Assembly (NCBI GenBank): GCA_030591685.1
Contig: JAUVAX010000022.1
Location: forward strand, 1-37,591
Reading direction: 5' to 3'
Source of the DNA: Pseudobdellovibrionaceae bacterium
GTDB lineage: Bacteria > Bdellovibrionota > Bdellovibrionia > Bdellovibrionales > UBA1609
DNA: 37,591 nt
The translations under genes were made by a program, and so were the position numbers. Shown piece by piece: positions 10,386 to 17,959 of this stretch (position 1 is the first letter of the stretch; every line of letters starts with the position of its first letter). The notes under the pieces were generated by a model. That model saw only the letters and a list, made by a program, of their open reading frames with translations, had not been told where the DNA came from and searched no databases.

Positions 10386-10401
10386 GGGCATGGAGTATGC
10401 T
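10386..10401 (+). promoter_or_regulatory. sigma54-like promoter
   Basis: GGGCATGGAGTATGCT = GG-N10-GC, about 45 nt before ATG 10444. Confidence 0.45.
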
Positions 10402-10443
10402 GCACCGCATAACAAAGAACCCAATCTAAAAAGTGAGGTACTT

Positions 10444-11670
10444 ATGAAAAAAGTAGTGAACAAATATTTTTGTACATTATTAACATTACCTTTAATTGTA
10501 GCCTGCTCGGCAGTTGCGAGTGACTTCATTAAAGAAGAGGTGGTAGAGCCAGGAAAGCTCAGTGCAAGCCTAAGAGTTCGAACCGAGTTTGTAGAGGATG
10601 ATGCTAAAAATAAAGATGCAGATGCTTCTACCATTCAGGTGCGCGTGAGATATGAAACTAAAAAAGTAAACGGCCTTCAAGGTTTTGTTGAAGGGCAAAC
10701 GGTTATTGATGCCTACGGTGACTATAATGACACTCAAAATGGTAAAGTTGAGTACCCTGTTGTGGCGGACCCTGATGGCAGTCAAGTCCATCAAATGTAC
10801 TTTAACTATGAAGCCTTTGGGGAGAATAATATAAGAGTTGGTCGTCAAGAAATTGTATACGACAATTCTCGATTTATAGGTAATGTTGGTTGGAGACAGA
10901 ACGCTCAATCTTTTGACTCTGTGTTGATAACTAATGATTTTATACCAAAAGTTAGTGTCGATGTGGGTTATATTGATAACGTAAAAAACATTAAAAATAA
11001 CACAGACAGTATGTCGACTCCAATTGTGCGCCTCTCATATAGTGGATTAGAGTATGGAAAGGTTGTTCTCTACGGGTACTTTGTAGATTATGATGAACCA
11101 AAAAATGAAAAAAAATCAAACCGTACAATTGGTGCTCGATTTAGTGGTGCTTACCCTGTATCTAAAGATAATAAGCTTACTTACGCGGCTGAATATGCCG
11201 AGCAAAAGGATTACGGGGATAACCCTAAGTCTTTTAATGCAGACTATCTCCTTGCTGAAGTCGGTGTGAGCTTAGATAAGTGGTCAGGTACGCTTGGTTA
11301 TGAAGTTTTAGGTGGAGATAAAGGAGCACAGGTCGGATTTATGACCCCTCTAGCAACTTTACATAAGTTTCAAGGGTGGGCTGATAAGTTTTTAGTAACA
11401 CCTGCTGAAGGTATAGAGGATAAATACATGACCTTAAAAACCACAGCTCTTCCTTATGGAGTTTCTGCAGCAGCGACTTACCATGAGTTTAACTCTGATA
11501 TAGGCAGTACGCATTACGGAGACGAGCTGGATGTGACACTTGTTAAAAAGATGAAGTCCGGAAAGCTTAAAGGTGTTGTCTTTGTTGTTAAGGCCGCTCA
11601 TTACAATGCGGATGAACATGCTGAAGACACAAATAAATTAGTATTTCAATTTACAGCACCTTTTAATTAA
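10444..11670 (+). CDS. outer-membrane beta-barrel porin, alginate-export-like family
   Basis: Signal peptide, GRQEI..DNSRFIGNVGWRQN.QSFD and TPLATLHKFQGWADKF motifs, aromatic residue near the C-terminus; SD GAGG before ATG 10444. Confidence 0.85.
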   Translation: MKKVVNKYFCTLLTLPLIVACSAVASDFIKEEVVEPGKLSASLRVRTEFVEDDAKNKDADASTIQVRVRYETKKVNGLQGFVEGQTVIDAYGDYNDTQNGKVEYPVVADPDGSQVHQMYFNYEAFGENNIRVGRQEIVYDNSRFIGNVGWRQNAQSFDSVLITNDFIPKVSVDVGYIDNVKNIKNNTDSMSTPIVRLSYSGLEYGKVVLYGYFVDYDEPKNEKKSNRTIGARFSGAYPVSKDNKLTYAAEYAEQKDYGDNPKSFNADYLLAEVGVSLDKWSGTLGYEVLGGDKGAQVGFMTPLATLHKFQGWADKFLVTPAEGIEDKYMTLKTTALPYGVSAAATYHEFNSDIGSTHYGDELDVTLVKKMKSGKLKGVVFVVKAAHYNADEHAEDTNKLVFQFTAPFN

Positions 11671-11688
11671 TCAATTAATCAATTAATC
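11665..11688. repeat. tandem repeat (AATTAATC)x3
   Basis: Directly visible, overlapping the porin stop codon. Confidence 0.9.
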
Positions 11689-11704
11689 AAAAGACATTAA
11701 CATC

Positions 11705-11739
11705 AGCTCTCGCAAATTTACTTGCGGGAGCTTTTTTTT
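11705..11739 (+). terminator. Rho-independent terminator
   Basis: GCTCTCGCAA...TTGCGGGAGC stem followed by a T run. Confidence 0.85.
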
Positions 11740-11821
11740 GTAATCGATACTTTTATTTATAAAAATTAAAATAAATTACTAATACTGCAAACTGTGCTGA
11801 ACCCAAAAAGTAAAAAAATAC

Positions 11822-12403
11822 TCACTGAACGATTTGCACACTGCCGCTGCAGGCAATGGCTGCGATTTCCCACCCTTTGGGTGGCAGTGATGATTGAGTA
11901 CTAAAGGCGCTCTGAAGACAAAAGCGTACGTCAGAAGCCGGAGTGCCGCCGCTACAGGCCATAGCAGCAATGTTCCAGCCCCTTGGGCCTATAGAGGATT
12001 GGGCATTGTAGGCTTCGATAAGGCATTCGTCGACGGTTTCCGCCAGGGTGCCGCCGGCACAGGCTGTTGCCGCGACAGTCCACCCCTTGAGGCCGGCGGA
12101 GGGCTGGGTCAGAAATGCTTTTTGAAGACAGGGGCCAACTACGGTATGTAAAGAGCCCCCGCTACAAGCGATGGCTGCAATTTTCCATCCGGCGGGGCCA
12201 CTTGAAGATTGTGTTTTATAAGCGTTTTGCAGGCACAAGCTAACTCCTGTAGCGGGAGGGGGATCGTTGAGAGGTGCTTTTTCATTTATTCGCTCAGAAT
12301 CATCGCTATTCACAGTGACGGAAGTGCCCCTCTCGCAGGAGCACAAAGCCATGCTTAGAGATGTAAGTGAAATTAACATTAAGCCTCTCCATGTTATCGT
12401 CAT
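11822..12403 (-). CDS. lipoprotein with four tandem 35-aa Cys/Trp repeats, unknown function
   Basis: Signal ending MALCSC, Pro-rich linker, then Cys at aa 66/101/136/171 and 89/124/159/194 and Trp at 82/117/152/187 (202-aa ORF numbering); AGGAG upstream of ATG 12403. Confidence 0.8.
   Translation of the reverse strand: MTITWRGLMLISLTSLSMALCSCERGTSVTVNSDDSERINEKAPLNDPPPATGVSLCLQNAYKTQSSSGPAGWKIAAIACSGGSLHTVVGPCLQKAFLTQPSAGLKGWTVAATACAGGTLAETVDECLIEAYNAQSSIGPRGWNIAAMACSGGTPASDVRFCLQSAFSTQSSLPPKGWEIAAIACSGSVQIVQ
11825..12244 (-). repeat. four 105-bp coding repeats (VxxCLxxA[YF]xxQxSxxxxGWxxAAxACxG)
   Basis: Exact 35-residue period seen in the translation. Confidence 0.9.
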
Positions 12404-12623
12404 ACCTTTAGCTCCTTTAATATGTGTCATTAATTATGACAATTTTCAGTCGTAGATTTAATTATAAGTATCATACAATAGCCTTAAGAGTAGTAACACG
12501 AGTAAATAGCAAAAAACATACTATCTTCTAAGGGCCCGGCGCTCGATTAAAAAAATGCACTATTAACCTCTCGCCCAAGGCGTGGTGGTGGGGGGGGAGA
12601 GGGCATTAATGGGCACATAAAAA

Positions 12624-14171
12624 TTAGTGACCCCGACTAAATAAGGATGAGCATTTTGATTTTATAGAGTTTAGCAAAAACCGACCGGATTTAAGAAATT
12701 CATCACCTAATATAAATACCGCGTTCTGGGAGGCCTTTCCGTACCGGCCGGTGAGGTTAGTTTTCTCTCCAACGGGTGCTGAGCGACTCCATGGTATTAC
12801 AGAGGATGCGACGGTATCTTTAGAGTTAATATAACCAAAGGTTCTTAGGTCAAAAGCCTTTCCTAGTTTTTCGGGTAAACTTATATGCTCTTGTCGGATA
12901 AAATAATCCTTACGATGAAGGATATGGTTTATTATTTTTTCGTACTTTTTGTTAGGGACTAACGTACCATCTTTGATTACAAACTCGTGAGTGAGGTCTG
13001 TGCCCAAGTAGACATCTTCACCTCCTCTGCCGTGTAAACTTTTAAAAACAAAGTTTTTGACTAAGTTAGGGTCTTGAAAGGTTTTTAATAACTCAGCATC
13101 GGTGTAATCTTTTAAATTAACAGTGCTTGGGACTTTAAAAATAAGCTCTTCGTTGAGGTAAAAATAACTGAGCTTTTCAAGCACAGTTAGCAGATGCTTG
13201 TTTGACAAATTCTCAGCACCAGGTGAGATGTTCAGACGAAGTCGCCCTTTATTATGGGCCGTAATTAGCATATTTAATGGAATTTTATGTTTTAAAAAGG
13301 AGGATTGCATATCTAAGTGCACAAACCCTATACGCTCTAACTCAAGGGTTCTTGAGTTTACAACATAAATATCGTCTTTAATTTTAACTAGAGCATTTGG
13401 GCTGTCCCTTGAAACTAGGCCTGATAGTTCAACAGTAACATCTTTAAAGCCCATTTCTCTAAAAATATTTAAAATTCTATTTTTCTTGGGTCCATATCCA
13501 TTTGGTAACACACTTGAGTGATGTTGAAGGAGCACTTTCGCGCCACTGTTAATGTTGTCCTCGGCGTAAACCTTTTCAAGCTCATTATAAAAATCAATAG
13601 GATTCCCCTTAGACATTAACTCTAGCGGCCAATACTTGGGGTATGATTTAAAAAAAGAATCCCGTGCTAACTGCATGTCACCAATCCCCCCAGCATATGA
13701 GGTGACGCCGGCCTCAATTAAATAAAAATTATTTTTGTGCAGAATCAAATCGGTAGCGACCATAAAATTGGGGTTAATAAGGGTTGGGCTGCTGCTCTGA
13801 GAATTCATGTATAAAGAGACATCAGAAGTGGAGAGGATGTTGGATTGATATATCCGAGCACTCTCACCTAAATTTATATCAGCGTAAAAGGCTTTGTATA
13901 AACGGGCGAGTTGTTTTGTGCCGGCCTGTAGGCGCATGGATTGATCTTGGTTGAGAATTACAGGTATAGGTTCGATATCATTAACGCCTTTAAAATCATT
14001 CTTTGACATCAGTAAGCCTTCCTGAATTTGTCGCTCAGACATAGAATTATAAGTTTTTAATACGTAGCTGTAGTTGTCATGTACACCAACATCATCATAC
14101 ATTATCGGGACCTGGGCCCAGCACACTGATGTTGATAAAAAAAACATAAATACATAAGTAAACTTCATCAA
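12624..14171 (-). CDS. divergent circularly permuted ATP-grasp (type 2) protein with N-terminal signal peptide
   Basis: EPIPVIL...RLQAG..Q.ARLYKAFYADI, ATDL....FYLIE, VFKSLHGRGGEDVYLG, YFIRQE and FDLRTF match the family motif order; signal MKFTYVFMFFLSTSVCWA; C-terminal KCSSLF. Confidence 0.7.
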   Translation of the reverse strand: MMKFTYVFMFFLSTSVCWAQVPIMYDDVGVHDNYSYVLKTYNSMSERQIQEGLLMSKNDFKGVNDIEPIPVILNQDQSMRLQAGTKQLARLYKAFYADINLGESARIYQSNILSTSDVSLYMNSQSSSPTLINPNFMVATDLILHKNNFYLIEAGVTSYAGGIGDMQLARDSFFKSYPKYWPLELMSKGNPIDFYNELEKVYAEDNINSGAKVLLQHHSSVLPNGYGPKKNRILNIFREMGFKDVTVELSGLVSRDSPNALVKIKDDIYVVNSRTLELERIGFVHLDMQSSFLKHKIPLNMLITAHNKGRLRLNISPGAENLSNKHLLTVLEKLSYFYLNEELIFKVPSTVNLKDYTDAELLKTFQDPNLVKNFVFKSLHGRGGEDVYLGTDLTHEFVIKDGTLVPNKKYEKIINHILHRKDYFIRQEHISLPEKLGKAFDLRTFGYINSKDTVASSVIPWSRSAPVGEKTNLTGRYGKASQNAVFILGDEFLKSGRFLLNSIKSKCSSLFSRGH

Positions 14172-14410
14172 TAAACATTTCCTATAGTGAGTATATAAAA
14201 TTAAAGAAACTTAGGATTAGGGTGAAAGCTTCGGTCATGGTGATCTTATGCTACCTAAGAACATAAATCATAAAAAACAGGTCCGTGTGAATTTTTTTAA
14301 ATGAGTGATCAGTAGTTAGACAGTTCTTAAGAGGTGTTTGATGATTCTCGACGATTAGAGAGGGAGAGAGGGCAGGGGGGGATCCCCGCCCCCTCTCCAG
14401 GTAAGAGTTG

Positions 14411-14818
14411 TTATTTGAGGTAAGCCTCAAGGAGTAGGTTTATGGCGTTAGCGGGCCCATTATTTGAGCCAAGGCTTGCTTTAAACGAACCCGTAAGAGC
14501 TTCGGTGATGGGTTTGTAGGAGGAGCCATTAAGACTAAAGGTGTAATGGCCTTTATTGATTTTAATCCAAAAATCTTTTTTTATTGTAATGTAGCTGGCC
14601 TCTTGCTGTGTGATTTCAAAGAGGTCGCCGGTGCTGGAGAAGGTTACGGGGAGCTCGTCTCCCTTGATAAATTCAATAATAAGCTCTGTGGCCTCGCCTG
14701 TAGCAAGCTGTGCTAATGCCTCGGCATTTATATCGGTAGCTCGAATAGTTTTTGCCTGGGCGGCAGCAGAAAGGCATAGACCCGTTACTATGATGAGGTG
14801 ATTGATTTTATTGAACAT
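14411..14818 (-). CDS. secreted hypothetical protein, third gene of the blaI-M56 locus
   Basis: SD AGGAG before ATG 14818; signal peptide ending AAAQA; beta-rich mature region. Confidence 0.8.
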   Translation of the reverse strand: MFNKINHLIIVTGLCLSAAAQAKTIRATDINAEALAQLATGEATELIIEFIKGDELPVTFSSTGDLFEITQQEASYITIKKDFWIKINKGHYTFSLNGSSYKPITEALTGSFKASLGSNNGPANAINLLLEAYLK

Positions 14819-14832
14819 GTTCTCTCCTTTTG

Positions 14833-14848
14833 TACTACGCATGTAGTA
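14833..14848. promoter_or_regulatory. BlaI-family operator TACTAC-GCAT-GTAGTA
   Basis: Inverted repeat directly upstream of the SD of 14411-14818; the same motif occurs twice upstream of blaI. Confidence 0.75.
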
Positions 14849-14873
14849 GTTTGTGTTATAAAAAAACTCTATT

Positions 14874-15995
14874 TTAGAGCCCTAAAGCCTGTAATAAATA
14901 AGTCAGCCAGTCAGGGGCTTTTAGTTCTGAGGCTGTGTGGTTGCCCCCAATAGTGGTTAGTAAAACAGCTGTTGTAATCCAAAGAGCAAAAACATAACGA
15001 ACCCCTTTGTATTGCCAACCCATTCGGGGTGGTTTAAGTCCGTCAGCCTCAATAAGCCTATTGACTCGGACCTTTAAAAGAGACTTTTCTCTAAAAAATG
15101 CAGAATAAAGTATGAACCGCCCACTAGTGCTAGTGCACTCCTTGAGTTTTATAAGGGCTGAGGCTAAGGATGCGGCAGAGGCCCCACTTTTAACCGCCCA
15201 TTCATCTGCGACAACCTCGCGAAGTCGATCGATTTTTCGACTTAATAACTTGTATCCAGGTATAAACCAAAAAAGATCACCAAGAACTTGAACAAAAAGA
15301 GTCATGATTAAATCAAACTGCCTAATGTGCCCGAGTTCGTGCTTTAGCACAGCATCTAGCTCGTCAGTATTTAGCTTTTTTAAGCTATCAGCGGGGACAC
15401 ATATATAGGGGTTTAAAACGCCCCCTGTAAAGGGAGTGCCTGAAAAATATTTAGAGCAATAAACATCAATAGTTCTAAATTTAAGTGAGATTTTTTGTAA
15501 GGCATGGGCATTTAGGCGATCCTTTTTTCGCACCCGTTCAAATTTAACCCCTTTTTTTATGCGAAAGAAAACCAAAGTGAATGCAACCATCGCGGCGACA
15601 AGTAATATTAAAAGGGGTGCGACGGATCCAAATTCTCTACTGAGCCAAATGGTTAAATAATCCCCCAAGCTAGATACATACTCTTGGCCGCTAAAATTAC
15701 GCACATAAAAAACGGCATTTAAAAAGGGCCCCCACTGGCTAGCACCAGCGCCAATTTCTAAGCTCTGTTGGCCGGGAGGCAACATAAAGGGATCAATACC
15801 CGATAACAGAACTGAGTCAGCAGGGACCCCTCTAAGAGTGTCATAAACAATTTTAAAAAATGGTAAAGATAATAAAAATAATCTCCATGGGCCTGTTTGT
15901 ACTCTAAATAACCAGAGAAAAAAACTAACAACTAAAAGGCCACAAAATAAAGAAAAAATCGAATTGGTGAGTAAGTTAAAAAATACGGCCGTCAT
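14874..15995 (-). CDS. M56 (BlaR1/MecR1-like) membrane metallopeptidase without penicillin-binding sensor
   Basis: PFTGG..NPYI, LKHELGHI...D, LFWFIP, REVVADEWA and L..RV.RL; several TM helices; 4-bp overlap with blaI. Confidence 0.92.
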   Translation of the reverse strand: MTAVFFNLLTNSIFSLFCGLLVVSFFLWLFRVQTGPWRLFLLSLPFFKIVYDTLRGVPADSVLLSGIDPFMLPPGQQSLEIGAGASQWGPFLNAVFYVRNFSGQEYVSSLGDYLTIWLSREFGSVAPLLILLVAAMVAFTLVFFRIKKGVKFERVRKKDRLNAHALQKISLKFRTIDVYCSKYFSGTPFTGGVLNPYICVPADSLKKLNTDELDAVLKHELGHIRQFDLIMTLFVQVLGDLFWFIPGYKLLSRKIDRLREVVADEWAVKSGASAASLASALIKLKECTSTSGRFILYSAFFREKSLLKVRVNRLIEADGLKPPRMGWQYKGVRYVFALWITTAVLLTTIGGNHTASELKAPDWLTYLLQALGL

Positions 15996-16387
15996 TTTTT
16001 GAGCCCTCTTAATTTTTTATCAACAGCTTTTTTTAGCTCTTCAAGTTCAGCCTGAGATAAATTATCCTCAGAGTCCAAAAGGCCAAGTATGGGTCTAAGT
16101 CCCTCTGTGCCAAAAAGTGATTTTTTTACTCGTTCAAGTATTTTGGTGGGGGACGAATTTTTTTTATTAACAGTTTCATAAACAAACTGTCGTCCGTCTT
16201 TTTTACGGCTCAGTAGTCCTTTATTGTATAGCCTAACAAGAACGGTCATAACAGTTGTGTAAGCTAGGGTTTGCCCTGATTTTTTAAGTAAAGCACGGAT
16301 GTCGCTCACAGAAGACTCACTGTTTGAGCGAACAACTCCTAATACTTGCATTTCTAAAGGCCCGACCTCGGGAAGTTTCTTTGACAT
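15992..16387 (-). CDS. blaI: BlaI/MecI/CopY family repressor
   Basis: GPLEMQVL, LAYTTVMTVLVRLYNKGLLSRKKDGRQFVY, LSQAELEEL. Confidence 0.93.
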   Translation of the reverse strand: MSKKLPEVGPLEMQVLGVVRSNSESSVSDIRALLKKSGQTLAYTTVMTVLVRLYNKGLLSRKKDGRQFVYETVNKKNSSPTKILERVKKSLFGTEGLRPILGLLDSEDNLSQAELEELKKAVDKKLRGLKK

Positions 16388-16393
16388 GAAGCC

Positions 16394-16435
16394 AAGTTAC
16401 TACACCGGTAGTTTTTGTCAACTACAGGCGTAGTA
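16394..16435 (-). promoter_or_regulatory. sigma70 promoter of blaI overlapped by two operators (ACTAC-N4-GTAGT)
   Basis: Minus strand TTGACA (16416-16421)-N16-TAACTT (16394-16399); operators TACTACACCGGTAGTT (16398-16413) and AACTACAGGCGTAGTA (16420-16435). Confidence 0.75.
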
Positions 16436-16652
16436 ATAAGTTAATATTTATTTTTAGTGGTGGGGTTTGAGGCGAGCCAACTCATTGTTTTTACAAAAGA
16501 AATTTTCATATTTTAAGGCTTGATGTTTAGCAAAAAGCAGGGCGTCAAGTTGAAATTATGGGCAAGAGTTAAAACTCGAAAAGCCCCTGTTAATATACTT
16601 TGAGCCGAGCCTCATTAAGGCAAGCTGAAAGTAAGACAGTGGCTCCAGCAGG

Positions 16653-17534
16653 TTAGGTATTTGGCCTCTTAGGGTCATTTTTTATAAAGGTGTACTCATT
16701 GCAACCAAGTCCGCCGGCACATGTTTTTAATCGTATCAGCGTAAAACCCTTTTTAAGATAAAAATGAATGATATCCTCTGGTTTTGCCACCTCAAAAGGG
16801 TAGCCACCCACCCAGTCTACGACATCATGCCACCTCGACATGCCTCTGTTTTTTTTATACTTTTTCCAACCCATAAAAGGTATAGGGTTTTTAAATGTGA
16901 GTAGCTTACGTATAGATGATTTGAGCTCCATAAAAATTAAAAGTTCAAAGGCAAATAATTTATTGAGTGGGGAGGGGAGCTTGTTGTACAAAATTTTTAT
17001 TTTGGTCCACATTTTACTCGCCCAACCCTGATCGTTGTATATGGCAATGCTTAAAAGGCCATTATTTTTTACTAGAGGTATAATGTTATTGAGGGCTTGA
17101 TACATATCCCCAGTGTGGTGTAGCACGCCCCATGAATACACGATGTCAAAGGAGCCTAAAGATAAAATATAGTCTTTGTCTAGAGCACTGCCCTCTTTGA
17201 TTTCCCATTGATGAGCTGAAATTTTTTGTAAATCTCGAAGTCTTTTTGTGCAGTTAATTGACTCAGGGTCATAATCAAACGAGTAAACTTGCGCACCTAA
17301 ATCATGGGCAGCGAGGCTAAAAAGGCCACTGCCAGACCCAACGTCAATAAATTTTAAATTTTCAAAACTTTGTAGTTCAAATATTTTTTGTAAGGATTTT
17401 TTGGCTGTCTCAACACGTTCATTAGAAAAATCATCAAGATACTGCCCCCAATTTTTACCAAATTCAAATCGGGCTCCTTTTTGAACCTCTAGTCGGTGGC
17501 TATTAGTAGTGGGGCTCACAAATGGCTCTTTCAT
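16653..17534 (-). CDS. class I SAM-dependent methyltransferase (UbiG-like)
   Basis: RFEFGKNW, FIDVGSGSG, FDYD, FDIVYSWGVLHHTG and DWVGGYPFE. Confidence 0.9.
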   Translation of the reverse strand: MKEPFVSPTTNSHRLEVQKGARFEFGKNWGQYLDDFSNERVETAKKSLQKIFELQSFENLKFIDVGSGSGLFSLAAHDLGAQVYSFDYDPESINCTKRLRDLQKISAHQWEIKEGSALDKDYILSLGSFDIVYSWGVLHHTGDMYQALNNIIPLVKNNGLLSIAIYNDQGWASKMWTKIKILYNKLPSPLNKLFAFELLIFMELKSSIRKLLTFKNPIPFMGWKKYKKNRGMSRWHDVVDWVGGYPFEVAKPEDIIHFYLKKGFTLIRLKTCAGGLGCNEYTFIKNDPKRPNT

Positions 17535-17809
17535 AATTTTACCTAAACTTGTTTGTAGTTAAAATGTGATGAGGGTTCCTCATAGTTATCATAAATCTTA
17601 GATCTTTGATTATCAACTGAACAGAAGCTTTGAGGAGAAGTCAGCCTTAGGTCGTGAAACTTAAGACCAAGCCCTAAACCTTAGGTGTTCACCTCCCAAA
17701 CAGGAGATGCTCGGCCTTATTAATAAAATTAAATAATTACTTGGTGCCTCAATATATGAGTGACCCGACACAGGCTTACACTTTGTACTGATATGGACCC
17801 GTTGTAAAT

Positions 17810-17886
17810 TGGTCGGGGAGACAGGATTTGAACCTGCGACCCCTGGCACCCCATGCCAGTGCTCTACCGGGCTGAGCCACTCCCCG
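17810..17886 (-). tRNA. tRNA-Pro(GGG)
   Basis: CGGGGAG acceptor, CTGGC-ATGGGGT-GCCAG anticodon arm, GGTTCAAATCC T loop, encoded CCA. Confidence 0.97.
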
Positions 17887-17959
17887 ACGAATATTTTTAT
17901 TACACTAGTTAAAACGACCTAAATACGCAAGCCATGCTGCAGACATTTATGGTTTGTGT

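Noticed and set aside
11665..11690. (AATTAATC)3 as a phase-variation or CRISPR-like repeat
   Set aside because: Short, at the 3' end of a gene, no spacers; copy-number change would not alter the protein
17661..17849. 62-aa ORF (MPGVAGSNPVSP...)
   Set aside because: Translation artefact of the tRNA-Pro sequence
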